From Cladosporium halotolerans (Eukaryota), in NCBI RefSeq assembly GCF_011745625.1, contig NW_027191466.1, positions 558,001-603,526 of the forward strand: a stretch of 45,526 bases of DNA, written 5' to 3'. Below, piece by piece: positions 21,295-34,700 of the stretch (the first letter of the stretch is position 1; every line of letters begins with the position of its first letter). The notes under the pieces were generated by a model. It was not told the DNA's origin, did not search any database, and saw only the letters and a program-made list of their open reading frames with translations. The position numbers and the translations under genes were made by a program.

Positions 21295-23230
21295 ATGGCC
21301 AACAGCAAGGAGTTCGACGTCGCCACGCAGACGACGGGCTACCGCCGCGGCAGCGTCAAAGACATCGAGGAGAAACAGCGCATGGGCAAAGGCGCCGACC
21401 TCGACCTTCCCACCTACGACGATGCCGAGCGACAGGGGTCTGAAGTCGCCGCGCTCAGTGGCATGCGAGACAACACGCACCGCAAACTAAAGGCCAGACA
21501 CATCCAGCTCATCGGGTCAGTCTCTTCACGTACATAGTCCTACGTGCCCATGGGAGAGGTCTAACGCGAAACAGCATCGGCGGCACAATCGGCACAGCGC
21601 TCTACGTCCAAATCGGCCGCGGCCTGCTCAACGGCGGCCCCGGCAGCCTGTTCATCGCCTTCTCCATGTGGTGCTCCATCGTCCTCTGCGTGACGCTGTG
21701 CATGGCCGAGATGGTCACGTACCTGCCCATCTCGTCGCCCTTCATCCGCTTCGCCGGCCGCTACGTCGACGAAGCGTTCGGTTTCGCCGCCGGCTGGAAT
21801 TTCTTCGTCTTCGAGGCCATCCTTGTGCCCTTCGAGCTCACGGCGTGCAATGTGATTATTCACTACTGGAGCGATGCCGTGCCTGCGGGTGGTATCATTG
21901 CTATAGTGCTCGTGCTGTACGCTGTTATCAATGTGATGGCTGTGAAGTGGTACGGCGAGACGGAATTTTGGGCGGCGTTGGGCAAGATTCTACTGATCAT
22001 CGGCTTGATCCTGTACACGTTTGTCACTATGCTAGGTGAGTCTTGCACACTGCATTCACGCTGTAGATACTCATCCGTTATTTAGGTGGAAATCCCTTAG
22101 GCGACCGCTACGGCTTCCGATACTGGCAAGACCCTGGCTCGTTCGCGGAGCTCTACTACGAAGGCAGCCTCGGCCGATTCTTGGGGTTCTTGCAATGCCT
22201 GATCCTAGCTTCCTTCACGATCGCCGGACCCGACTATGTCTCCATGGCGGCGGGAGAGGCAGAGAATCCCCGCGTGGTCATGCCAAAGGCTTTCAATGCC
22301 GTCTTCTACCGTCTGACTACTTTCTTCGTCCTGGGCAGCTTGTGCGTCGGTATCGTAGTGCCGTACAACGACCCTGAGCTCACGGCTGCTTTCGAAAACG
22401 AGGAGCCTGGAGCTGCGGCGTCGCCGTACGTCGTCTCCATGAATAGGCTGCGCGTGCGCGTATTGCCTGATATCGTCAACGCTCTCGTCCTCGCGTCCGC
22501 CTTCTCTGCCGGTAACAGCTACATGTATTGCGCCTCTCGGTCTCTGTTTGGTCTGGCGCTGGAAGGCAAGGCGCCTAAATTCCTGACCAGGTGAGTGCAA
22601 TCAGTAGGGAAATAAGTCTTGCTGCTAACAAGTCCCAGAACCACGCGCAACGGCGTCCCGATCTACTGCGTCCTCGTCGTCGTCGCCATTTCCCTGCTCG
22701 CCTTCCTGCAAGTCTCCAGCGGCTCCGCCACCGTCCTCGAATGGTTCGTCAACCTCATCACGGCCTCGCAGCTCATCAACTTCAGCGTCACCTGCTGCAC
22801 CTTCCTCTTCTGGCGCCGCGCGCTCAGAGCCCAGAGCATCAGCCCCGACTCGCTGCCCTACAAGTCCATCTGGCAGCCCGGTGCGGCGTACGCGGGCATG
22901 ATCAGCACGGCTGTCATGGCGGTTGTTGGAGGGTATACGGTCTTCCTGCCGGGCCAGTGGAACGTGCCGACGTTCTTGTTTAGCTATTTCATGATTGGGA
23001 TGTTTCCGATTCTGTATTTTGGGTGGAAGCTGATTAAGAAGACGAAGGTGCGCAATCCGCACGAGGTGGATTTGAAGGGCGAAGTGGCGGAGATTGATGA
23101 GTATACGAGGAATTTCGTGCCGACGCCGCCGAGGTGAGTGATGAACCCAGATGCTCTGTGAATGATCGGTTGCTAACTTGATGGCAGGAATGCTTTTGAT
23201 AAGTGGTTCAATATCATATTTGGCGGGTAG
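21295..23230 (+). CDS. Amino acid permease (APC/YAT family, Agp2-like), 5 exons
   Basis: Introns 21516-21574, 22036-22085, 22591-22638 and 23134-23187. It has HRKLKARHIQLIGIGGTIGTALYVQIG, FAGRYVDEAFGFAAGWNF, WYGETEFWAALGK, AGEAENPR and ASRSLFGLALEGKAP. Confidence 0.92.
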
Positions 23231-23868
23231 TATCGAGCGCGGTAGCGTCAATAGTTGTGAGCGTCACATCTTTAGGCAGTGACGGGTTGCGGGGTGCATG
23301 AGTGCGTGCACTCTGCTCACCTGCTTCTGAAATGTGATGAATGTGAAGAATCAAAAGTATTGCGTGTTTGCCATTTCTACAGATCTTGAATGTTTCGATA
23401 AGTTCAAGTTGCCCATGTACATTGATGGAGTCATGTGCAGGGATGAGGCTCTGCAGGCTGCCGCGTGCTGGCTGGCTCCCTGGCCGACGCTGCCCCGAAC
23501 TTTAGTGTGCAGCCTTCGTCACATGTGTCAACACGCCCAAGCGCATACACAACCCGCCACACCCCGCCACGGCATAATCGACGACCACGACCCACGACAC
23601 CACCCGACACCCGACGACGACCGCGAACGCTGCGCACCCGGTGACTGGACTCACCCTCAGCGCTCCTCCGAACGACGCGACTCCGACGAACCGCCCCTGG
23701 ACTGGATCTGGATCTCTGAAACAACCGGTGGATTGGCTCCGCGTTCACCTCATTGCGCCCGCCCAGCAAACACCCAGCAAACACAACCCGCCCTCTCCAC
23801 TACACAACCACTCCTCCTTCCGCGCCCGGGAAATGCGCCGTTAGCACCGCGCACAACCCTCCTCGCCC

Positions 23869-25575
23869 ATGTCCTCATCCCCTCTTCGCCCTGGCGCCAG
23901 CCGGGATGAGGAGCTCGAATACTACAAGCGGCAGTACGAACAGCTGGAGACCGACCTCGCGGACTTCCAAGCCTCGAGCAAGGAGCTCGAAGACCAGCTG
24001 GAGAAAGACGTCGACGCGGCGGAGAAGAACGAGCGCAAGCTGCGCGAGCAGGTCGAGAAGCTGAACTTCGAAGTCGAAGAGTGGAAGGCCAAGCACAAGC
24101 AGTCGAAGACGGAGGCGAACAATGCGCAGAACGCGCTGCAGAAGGAGATCACGACGATACGCGAGCAGCACCGCGGGTTGACGCTGAAGTTGAGGGATAT
24201 TGAGGTTGCGAACGACGATTATGAGCGACAGGCGAGGAATACGACGAGCAGTTTGGAGGATTTGGAGGGGAAGCTGAATGTTTCGATTGAGCGGAATGTG
24301 TTGATGGAGGAGGAGATTAAGATTGGAGAGAAGGAAAGAGAGGCGCTGAGGATTGAGACGCAGAGGTTGAGGGATGAGCTGGGTGACTTGAAGGTGGAGA
24401 GCGAGATACGGCTGGAGAAGCTGCGCCGCGCAGAACAGACTATTGTGGCTTTGAGATCACGGAAACCGAGCCCTCTTGCGGTGGAATCATTGCGCACAAG
24501 AAGCCCTGCCAGCGAGGCGAGCACAGCGACACCCACCTCACCCACAGCTTCCACACCGCCACCAAAGTCAGACTCAGCTTCAGATGCGCCTACGCCTCCT
24601 TCGCCACCTCTTTCAGACGCACCCGGTCATGTCAAGCCCGACCCAGAGCCGAAAACACCAGCACTCGAAAAGCGACGCTCCCTCCTCCCCGACTCATCCA
24701 CCACACCTCGCCCCTCGCTATACGGCCACAGAGCCCTATCATCTCGACACACGCGCGGCCCCTCCCTCGCCTCCAGCACCAACACCGACCTCAAATCCAT
24801 GCGCCCGCCCCGCCAGCGCTCCAGCCTCCGCAACGACCTCCCGCGCTCCGAATCCTTGCACCAGATGAAATCCCTCCGCAGCCGCATGCAGAAAATCGAA
24901 GAACGCGTGCACTCCGCGCGCTCCAAACTCCCACCCCCCTACAACTCCCCGCGCAGCTCGCCCCGCGGCGGCCCCGGCGCAATCCCGTCCTCCATCACCG
25001 TCCGCCGCAGCAGCAAGCGCATCCCCTCCGCCATCGCCCACGACCTCGCCGCCTCCTCCTCCGAACCCCGCGAAAGCCACATCAAGCGCCTCTCCTACGG
25101 CCTACCGCGGCCCGCCTCAACCCAGCCTCTAGACCGCTCGCCCTCCGCCCTCGACCGCCCCCAGCTCTCCCGCCCCAGCTCCCGCATCAGCGCCCCGCCG
25201 ACCCGCCCGGACTCCCGCTCCGCGACCTCCCGCAGCGATATCCCGACGCCCGGCTCGCGCCCGCCCAGCTCCGTCGGCGGCGCCTCGTACAGCACGCTGC
25301 ACAGCTCGCAGGGGCCCGGCTCGCCGCGCAAGAGCCTGCACCGCGCGCGGCAGAGCGTTTCGGTCTCGGAGAAAGCTGAAGAAGGGGCGGCGGCGGGGAG
25401 GCAGAGGCGGACGTCCGGGCTGCCGGCGCCGATGGGGCACGCGAGGAGGCAGAGCGTGCAGTTGCCGGGGAGGCCGGGGACGGCGATGGGAGGTGGGGGG
25501 ATCGGGAGGCCGCCTAGTCGGCGGAAGGAGGAGGAGGGGCAGGGGGAGGGGGAGGGGGTTGGGGAGACGTATTGA
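23869..25575 (+). CDS. nudE: Nuclear distribution protein NudE/RO11 (dynein/LIS1 regulator)
   Basis: N-terminal coiled coil [33 protein letters not shown]...[26 protein letters not shown]...[18 protein letters not shown], then a Ser/Pro-rich tail with [16 protein letters not shown]. Confidence 0.92.
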   Translation: MSSSPLRPGASRDEELEYYKRQYEQLETDLADFQASSKELEDQLEKDVDAAEKNERKLREQVEKLNFEVEEWKAKHKQSKTEANNAQNALQKEITTIREQHRGLTLKLRDIEVANDDYERQARNTTSSLEDLEGKLNVSIERNVLMEEEIKIGEKEREALRIETQRLRDELGDLKVESEIRLEKLRRAEQTIVALRSRKPSPLAVESLRTRSPASEASTATPTSPTASTPPPKSDSASDAPTPPSPPLSDAPGHVKPDPEPKTPALEKRRSLLPDSSTTPRPSLYGHRALSSRHTRGPSLASSTNTDLKSMRPPRQRSSLRNDLPRSESLHQMKSLRSRMQKIEERVHSARSKLPPPYNSPRSSPRGGPGAIPSSITVRRSSKRIPSAIAHDLAASSSEPRESHIKRLSYGLPRPASTQPLDRSPSALDRPQLSRPSSRISAPPTRPDSRSATSRSDIPTPGSRPPSSVGGASYSTLHSSQGPGSPRKSLHRARQSVSVSEKAEEGAAAGRQRRTSGLPAPMGHARRQSVQLPGRPGTAMGGGGIGRPPSRRKEEEGQGEGEGVGETY

Positions 25576-27188
25576 TGTGGTATTTGACGGGGTTCGCTCG
25601 CTTTCGTTTAGAGACTTTTCTATGTTCTTCTTTCTTTTTTTTTTTGTTTTTTTTCCCTCTGGCTTTCTATCGGGAGGACTGGCGAAATGATTCATGCATA
25701 TACTTTTCACGGATCGGTACGGGTCCAATGGATGGACAAGGGAGGGGGTGTTGATAGGTGTTTTTTTTGACGATGAGATGGATTCTATGGAATTTTTTTC
25801 TTCAGCTCGAGTGCTAGACTCCATTCTCATTTCCTTGGTTGTGTGATCGAAGACTGCTAGCCTGACAGCGACCTCTGTGACTGGGCCAGGCTGGACGGCG
25901 TGCACTACGTAGCGAGGCAGACGGGAGAAGGCTGGGTAGTATCTAGAGAAATGCTACCGCGACGGCGAGCTGAATCTCCCGATTCGAAAGTACAGGAGAC
26001 GATGATCACTTCGGCAGCGAGGGGTGACGCCTGCAGGAAGTGTCTGCGTTGGTGTTCAGCCGGGCATGAATCATCCTTCCCATCGATCAAGCAAGTGAAC
26101 GATCCCCGTCCCTCGAACATGAGGCCATGATAAACTTTCGGAGAACGAGAGAGGAAATAAATAATCCCTCACAACAGACAACAACAATTGCAACAGCTCA
26201 TTCAGACTTCACGACGACCGAAAGACAACCAGACGGAGTCGCGTCCGCTCCCTCCCATCCGTTGCCGACGATGCAGTCCAACAGAGCGAGCGGACAGGCC
26301 AGACATCAAGGGAATCGCTTTACTGACAACGTGAAGTGCAGCGCGCTCATGCAGCCATGAGGGAGGGCTTCGCTTGCGCCGCCGACCGTTATCAAAGGCG
26401 TTGCATGTCTCACCTGCTAGCGCGCCAGCAAATGTGTCTCGCTCGCTCGTCTGCGCCGGGGCAACGAACCGAGCGTCAGAGTCACGGTTTCGCCGTGTCT
26501 TGGTGGGCGAGCGATAAGGCTGGAGAGCGCTGACGAGGACAGGTGAGGCTGAGAGAGGGACGAGCCGGGCGCAGGAACTCGGCGGGACGGGTCCCGTGGT
26601 AGATGAACATGTGCATGGATGGAGATCCGGAGAATAAAAGGCAAAGCAGAGCAAATACTCATCGACACCTAACTAGCTGCCGCGATGGGAATCCCGCGAT
26701 TTACTGGACTTGCGCCACCCGTCGTGAGGACATCGATCGCCGCACTACTGTCAGGTCGCGAGCCTAGTCTATCAGAGACTCCATGACACGAGCGCGCAAA
26801 ACGAGGAGCCGTTACTACCTACTGTTGCAGCAGCACATCTGCGCGGTCGCGACACGCCTTCGGCGATCCGACATGGAGAGCCGGGATTGGGTTTTGTTTT
26901 GGGCTGGCTGCTGGCGCGTGGGGTCCGCCGCTTCGCCCGCCCGTCCCCGATTGTTCGGTCGGAGAATTTATCAAATGGACTTGTCGATTTGGGCCTTGCC
27001 TAGCTCAGCCCGTTTCCGGGCGCGGGAGGCGTGTGTTTGACACGTTTTTTTCTTTTGCATGACGATGCGATCGGCTTGCGAGATGCGATGGGGAGTGGTT
27101 GTCTCGGTGGTGTGGGCGTCAGGCCGGTGTGATGGATGAGGCACCTCACCTTGGTGGGCAGTGCGGCTGATGCGTTTGTTGGATTTAC

Positions 27189-27221
27189 GCTCGCGCTCGC
27201 GCTCACGCTCACGCACGCTCA
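27189..27221 (+). repeat. Short imperfect hexamer tandem repeat (GCTCGC/GCTCAC)
   Basis: gctcgc gctcgc gctcac gctcac gcacgc tca in the NudE-ACC intergenic region. Confidence 0.6.
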
Positions 27222-28712
27222 CCGCAGCAGCGCTGGGTGCTATAGTTAGAATGTGCGGTGTCTGCTCTCGTGCGACAAACTACAGTATCAGCACTATGTA
27301 TGTGATGTGGTAGTAGGCGTGATCGGGACGGCGTGACAGGACAGCTGGCGCACGGAGATCTGGCGGCGGCGACGGGAGGGTGGATTGGCGGCAGCGATTT
27401 CCCGGGTCTGTGCTGCGGGTGGCCGACTGTACGGATGCCGGGAGGGCGAGAGACTGGAGATTTAGCGCGCTGGAGGCGGTGTTTGCTCGACGGGGCGGCG
27501 AAAATTGGTCGTGTGCAAATGATGCGAGCAGCGCGAGAGGGAGGAAGAGGGGAAGGACAGTAATGGCTGGCGGGTTGGGACAGACGGTGGACCTGATGTA
27601 GTGCTGTATCAGCCGTTGGGACGAGGTGTATGGGCGGGCACAGGCAGGCCATGGGCGAGTGCGGGCGTGTCGTGCGTCCGGACATTTTGGCCTGACCCTG
27701 CTTCCCAACCGGCAGGCACAGAGTTGGCGGGCGGCCGCCTCCCGCTGCACTCCACAGCCAGCACCTGCGCGCCCTGCCAGAGTTCCCCTCACGGGCATTC
27801 CCAACCAGCGCCTCTGCCTGCGCCTGCCCGCGCATACCCCGGCCATTGAGTGGCAGCGCGCCGGCTCAGCGTGTGCCATTGAGCTGCACGCCGCCGCCGC
27901 CCGCAGCGATAGCAGGGCGTTGACGTCGCGACCGTCGGGACCGGGAGGGCGACGTCTGCACGCCCGAAGCCTGAACCCCCGTCTCACCACCACCACCACC
28001 ACCGAGCCGCAGCCTCTAGCAGTCTAGCAGCACTGGCGGCGCGCGCTGAACCCTCGCGCACCCGTCAGCCAAGTCAAGTCCGGCGGGCGGCCGACGCAGG
28101 TTCGCGGTAATCGCCCGTCCGTGCGCCGCTCCATGCGCTGCTGCTGGCTGTGTTGTCCGGGAGCTTCACCAGCCCAGCGCCCCAGCTGGATCAGCCATAA
28201 TAACCACCCTACGTCCTGCCTCGCCCGCCTCAACACTTGCCTGTCCTTCCGCTCCTGTTGCCTGCTCCCTCTCCTCTCCGTGTACTGCATCTGCGTGTCT
28301 CCCACCGCCGCAGCTCCTCCCGCTAGACAATCACCGCCGCTCGCTGCCTCGCCGACCTCGAATCCCTCCACGAGCCCACGCCAACGTCGGCTTCCAGAAG
28401 TCCAGCCCCACCGCAAAACTCCGGAAATCGAGCGCCAGCGCTATTACCTCTCCCACCGCACCGCGCCTGTTTCCTGCTCGCGCCCCTGATCGCCTTAAGA
28501 TACCCTCTCAGCGCTCCGTCTCCATTTCGCACCCATCTCTACACCCATACACCTCTAATCACCCCCCTCCTCTCCCACTCCTGCATCAGCGCTAGCCGCG
28601 AGGCGGTTACACTCTTTCAGCCTCGCCGTCCGCCAGCAGCTCCCGAGCGCCGCCTGGCTGTCATCTCCGCCTTTTTCTCCCCGCGACCCGCCAGCTCTTG
28701 CACGCCTCTCTC

Positions 28713-31700
28713 ATGACCTCCGTTGCTGCAAAGATGGCCGACGCAGTGAGCGGAGCTTCCTCCAAGCTCAATGGGCACGCCAATGGCGCTCCCAGCAGCT
28801 ACGCCGCCAAATTCAACCTCGCCTCGCATTTCATCGGCGGCAGCGAGCTCTCCAAGGCTCCTCCCAGCCAGGTCAAGGACTTCGTCGCCGCGAGCGAGGG
28901 TCACACTGTCATTTCTAGCGTGAGTCCAGATGAAACTCGAGCTCCGGAGAGCTTTTTTCACCGCCCGAGCTTCCTCTCTGACCAGTCTGCAGGTCCTGAT
29001 CGCGAACAACGGTATCGCCGCCGTCAAGGAGATCCGATCGGTGCGGAAATGGGCGTACGAGACCTTTGGCGATGAGCGCGCCATCCAGTTCACCGTCATG
29101 GCCACCCCCGAGGACCTGGCGGCCAACGCAGACTACATCCGCATGGCGGACAAGTACGTCGAGGTCCCTGGTGGCACCAACAACAACAACTACGCCAACG
29201 TCGAGCTCATCGTCGACGTGGCCGAGCGCATGAACGTCCACGCCGTGTGGGCAGGATGGTAAGATTTGGACACCCGTGAAAACTTGGACAAACATAGCAG
29301 GACGGCTGGCTAACACCACCAACAGGGGACACGCCTCCGAGAACCCCAAGCTCCCCGAATCCCTCGCAGCATCACCCAAGAAGATCATTTTCATCGGCCC
29401 GCCCGGCTCGGCCATGCGATCACTCGGTGACAAGATTTCCTCCACAATCGTCGCACAGCACGCTGGTGTGCCCTGCATTCCCTGGTCTGGTACCGGCGTT
29501 GACGAGGTCGTGGTTGACGAGCACGCAATCGTCACCGTCGAGGACTCCGTCTACCAGAAGGGTTGCGTCAACTCCGTTGCCGAGGGTCTTGCGGCGGCCA
29601 AGAAGATCGGCTTCCCCGTCATGGTCAAGGCCTCTGAGGGCGGTGGCGGAAAGGGTATTCGCATGGTCCAGAACGAGGAGACCTTCGAACAGCTGTACAA
29701 GGCTGCCGCGAGCGAAATTCCCGGTTCCCCCATCTTCATCATGAAGCTCGCCGGCAACGCTCGCCACTTGGAAGTTCAGCTTCTGGCTGATCAGTACGGC
29801 AACAACATCTCGCTTTTCGGTCGTGACTGCTCCGTCCAGCGAAGACATCAGAAGATTATCGAGGAGGCTCCCGTCACCGTTGCGGGCCAGCAGACTTTCC
29901 AGCAGATGGAGAAGGCCGCCGTCTCGCTCGGCAGGCTCGTCGGTTACGTCTCCGCCGGTACCGTCGAGTACCTCTACTCGCACGCCGACGACAAGTTCTA
30001 CTTCCTCGAGCTGAACCCGCGTCTCCAGGTCGAGCACCCGACCACTGAGATGGTCACCGGTGTTAACGTCCCGGCTGCTCAGCTCCAGGTTGCCATGGGT
30101 ATCCCCCTTCACCGCATCCGTGACATTCGCTTGCTCTACGGTGCTGATCCCCACACTACCCCCGAGATCGACTTCGGTTTCGAGAAGGAGGGCTCTGCCT
30201 CGGCGCAGCGCAGGCCGCAGCCCAAGGGCCACTGCACGGCTTGCCGTATCACTTCTGAGGACCCCGGCGAGGGTTTCAAGCCCTCTTCCGGTACCATGCA
30301 CGAGCTGAACTTCAGATCCAGCTCCAACGTTTGGGGTTACTTCTCCGTCGGTGCCGCCTCCTCCATTCACAACTTCTCCGACTCGCAGTTCGGTCACATT
30401 TTCGCGTACGGCGAGAACAGACAGGCGTCGCGCAAGCACATGGTTGTCGCCTTGAAAGAGCTGAGCATTCGTGGTGACTTCAAGACCACTGTGGAATACC
30501 TGATTAAGCTGTTGGAAACTCCCGCTTTCTCCGAGAACACAATCACCACCGGCTGGCTCGACGAGCTGATCAGCAAGAAGCTGACTGCCGAGAGGCCAGA
30601 CCAGATGGTCGCCATCATCTGCGGTGCTGTCACCAAGGCGCACGTTGCTAGCGACATCTGCACCACCGAGTACCGCACTGGTCTCGAGAAGGGTCAGGTC
30701 CCTAGCAAGGAGACGCTGAAGACTGTCTTCCCCATCGAGTTCATCTACGAGGGTCAGAAGTACAAGTTCACCGTCACCCGCTCCAGCACCGACAGCTACA
30801 CTCTCTTCCTCAACGGCAGCAAGACCCTGGTCGGCGTCCGCGCTCTGTCCGACGGTGGTCTTCTCGTCCTTCTCGGCGGCAGCTCTCACAGTGTCTACTG
30901 GAAGGAGGAGGTGGGCGCTATCCGCATGTCCGTGGACAGCAAGACCTGCCTGCTCGAGCAGGAGAACGACCCGACTCAGCTCCGCACGCCCTCTCCCGGT
31001 AAGCTCGTCAAGTACACTGTCGAGAACGGCGAGCACGTCAAGAAGGGCCAGGCCTTCGCCGAGGTTGAGGTCATGAAGATGTACATGCCTCTCATTGCTC
31101 AGGAGGACGGTCTCGTCAACCTGATCAAGCAGCCCGGCGCGACTCTTGAGGCTGGTGACATCCTCGGTATCTTGGCTCTTGACGACCCGACCAAGGTCAA
31201 GTCTGCTCAGCCCTTCCTCGAGCCCATCCCTGACCTTGGCCCGCCTACTGTCCTCGGTAGCAAGCCCCCTCAGCAGTTCGCCTACTACATGGGCATCCTG
31301 CAGAACATTCTCCAGGGTTACGACAATCAGATTGTCATGAAGAGCACCCTCAAGAGCCTGATCGGTGTGCTCCGTGACCCCGAGCTGCCTTACGGCGAGT
31401 GGGCCGCTCAGGCCTCTGCCCTTCACTCTCGCATGCCGCAGAAGCTTGATGCCACCCTCGAGGACATTGTCAAGCGTGCCCACGCCCGTGGCTCTGAGTT
31501 CCCCTCCAAGCCTCTCCAGAAGGCCTTCCAGCGTTTCCTCGAGGACACCGTCTCTCCTGGTGACGCCGACCTTCTGCGCACTGCCCTGGCTCCTCTGCTT
31601 GAGATCATGGCCGCCTACAACGACGGCCTCAAGGCTCACGAGCTGACCACCATGACCAAGCTGTTCGACCAGTACTACGATGTCGAGAGCATCTTCTCTG

Positions 31701-34700
31701 CCCGCCAGAGCCGTGACGAGGAGGTCATCCTCGCCTTGCGTGACTCCAACAAGGAAAAGCTCAACAACGTCGTCCAGATCGTCCTCTCCCACACCAGGGT
31801 CAGCTCCAAGAACAACCTTCTCGTTGAGATCCTCCAGACCTACAGGCCCAACCAGCCCAACGTCGGCAACGTCGCCAAGTACTTCCGCCCTCACCTGCAG
31901 AAGCTTGCCGACCTCGAGGGTCGCGCCACTGGCAAGGTAGCGCTCAAGGCTCGTGAGCTTCTGATCCAGTGCGCCATGCCTACCCTTGAGGAGCGCACTG
32001 CCCAAATGGAGCACATCCTGCGCTCTGCCGTCCTGGAGTCTCGCTACGGCGAGAGCGGTTGGGAGCACCGTGAGCCCAACTTCGAAGTCATCAAGGAGGT
32101 CGTCGACTCCAAGTACACCGTCTTCGATGTGCTGCCTCACTTCTTCATCCACCAGGACCCCTGGGTCTCCCTGGCTGCCCTCGAGGTCTACACTCGTCGC
32201 GCCTACCGTGCCTACCAGCTTAAGTCTATTGACTACCTGGTCGAGAACGACACCCCGTACGTTCTGTCCTGGGACTTCGCCCTCCGCAAGGTTGGCGAGT
32301 CTGAGTTCGGTCTGCCGATCGAGTCCTCTCACCCGTCCACCCCTGGCACTCCCGCCGCTGAGGGCTTCTCGAGGGTCCACTCTATTAGCGATATGAGCTA
32401 CCTCAACCGCCAGGCCCACGGCGGCGAGCCCACCAGGAAGGGTGCTGTCGTCCCTGTGCAGTACCTCGACGAGGTCGATGAGGTCCTCATGAAGGCTCTC
32501 GAGGCCTTCCCTCTTGCTGGCCAGAAGACTGGCCGCAAGGAGAGCAACACTCTCGCGACCGACCTGACCAAGCGTAGGGCGCCCGCGGTCGCTCAGCCCG
32601 AGCACGATGATGACCTCTCCGCGGTCTGCAACGTCGCCATCCGCGACGCTGAGAGCCTCGACGACAAGGAGATCCTGTCTCGCCTTGTGCCCATCGTCAA
32701 CGACTACAAGCAGGAGCTGCTTGCCCGCCGCGTGCGCCGTCTGACATTCATCTGCGGTCACCAGGACGGCACCTACCCCGGCTACTTCACCTTCCGTGGA
32801 CCGAAGTACGAGGAGGACACCAGCATCCGCCACAGCGAGCCCGCTCTTGCCTTCCAGCTTGAGCTCAGCCGTCTCTCCAAGTTCAACATCAAGCCCGTCT
32901 TCACCGAGAACCGCAACATCCACATGTACGAGGCTGTTGGCAAGAACAACGAGAACGACAAGCGCTTCTTCACCCGCGCTGTCGTCAGGCCTGGCCGTCT
33001 GCGCGAGGACATTCCCACTGCTGAGTACATGATCTCTGAGGCTGACCGCCTGATGACTGACATCCTTGATGCCATGGAGATTGTTGGCAACAACAACTCG
33101 GACATGAACCACATCTTCATCAACTTCTCTGCCGTCTTCCCTCTCGACCCCAAGGAGGTTGAGGAGGCCCTCGCGACCTTCCTCGACCGCTTCGGTCGCC
33201 GTGCCTGGAGGCTCCGTGTCACCGGTGCTGAGATCCGCATCGTCTGCACTGACCCCACCACCGGTGCTCCTTACCCGCTCCGTGTCATCATCACCAACAC
33301 CTCTGGCTACATCGTCCAGGTTGAGCTGTACGAGGAGCGCAAGTCCGACAAGGGCAACGAGTGGCTCTTCCACAGCATTGGCGGCACCACCAAGATTGGC
33401 TCTATGCACCTGCGCCCTGTCGCCTCTCCCTACGAGACCAAGGGTGCGCTCCAGCCGAAGCGTTACAAGGCTCATATCATGGGCACTCAGTACGTCTACG
33501 ACTTCCCTGAGCTCTTCCGCCAAGCCATCGAGAACAGCTGGAACGCCACTGTCGCCCAGCACCCCAGCCTCAAGGACAAGAAGCCTGTATCTGGCGAGTG
33601 CATCGAGTACAGCGAGCTCGTCCTCGACGACTCCGACAACCTTGCCGAGGTCAACCGCGAGCCGGGCACCAACACCATCGGTATGGTCGGTTGGCTCATC
33701 ACCGCCAAGACCCCCGAGTACCCTCGCGGCCGTCGCTTCATCATCATCTCCAACGACATCACCTACAAGATTGGTTCGTTCGGCCCGCAGGAAGACAAGT
33801 TCTTCCACAAGTGCTCTGAGCTCGCTCGCAAGCTTGGTATCCCGCGTATCTACCTGTCTGCCAACTCCGGTGCTCGCATCGGCATGGCCGACGAGCTGAT
33901 CCCTCACTTCTCCGTTGCCTGGAGGGACCCTGCCCGCCCCGAGGCTGGCTTTGAGTACCTCTACCTCACCCCCGAGAAGAAGGCTCGCTTCGAGGACGGT
34001 GCGATGAAGTCGGTCATCACGAAGGAGATCAAGGTCGATGGCGAGACCCGCCACCAGGTCGTCACCATCATTGGTCAGGAGGAGGGTCTCGGTGTGGAGT
34101 GTCTGAAGGGCTCCGGTCTCATCGCTGGTGAGACTTCGCGTGCCTACGAGGACATTTTCACCATCACCCTCGTCACCTGCCGTTCCGTTGGTATCGGTGC
34201 CTACCTCGTCCGCCTCGGCCAGCGTGCCATCCAGGTCGAGGGCCAGCCGATCATCCTCACCGGTGCCCCCGCCATCAACAAGCTCCTGGGTCGTGAGGTC
34301 TACACCTCCAACTTGCAGCTCGGTGGCACCCAGATCATGTACAAGAACGGTGTCTCCCACATGACCGCCAACGACGACTTCGAGGGTGTCTCTAAGATCG
34401 TCAACTGGATGTCGTTCGTGCCGGACAAGAAGGGCAACCCCGTCCCGATCTCCCCGTCTGCCGACTCCTGGGACCGTGACATCACCTTCTACCCGCCCCA
34501 GAAGGCTCCGTACGACGTCCGCCACCTTATCGCTGGTCAGGAGACCGAGGATGGCTTCCTGTCCGGTCTCTTCGACAAGGACTCCTTCAAGGAGTCTCTC
34601 GGCGGCTGGGCTCGCACCGTCGTCACCGGCCGTGCCCGCCTCGGCGGTATCCCCGTCGGTGTCATTGGTGTCGAGACCCGCTCCGTCGAGAACGTCTCGC

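Noticed and set aside
25900..28489. Multiple 60-240 aa ORFs in the NudE-ACC1 intergenic region, including a Cys-rich ORF from ATG 28133
   Set aside because: They overlap on both strands, are Arg/Pro/Ala-rich, lack the codon bias of the real genes and show no motifs. This fits GC-rich regulatory or UTR sequence.
29420..34525. 1701-aa antisense ORF opposite ACC1
   Set aside because: Shadow ORF in codon register with ACC1. Strong C/G third-position bias avoids TTA/CTA/TCA codons and so removes antisense stops. It has no recognisable domain. The same applies to the antisense ORFs over GDI1, IDC, T7H, the pectate lyase and ATP23.
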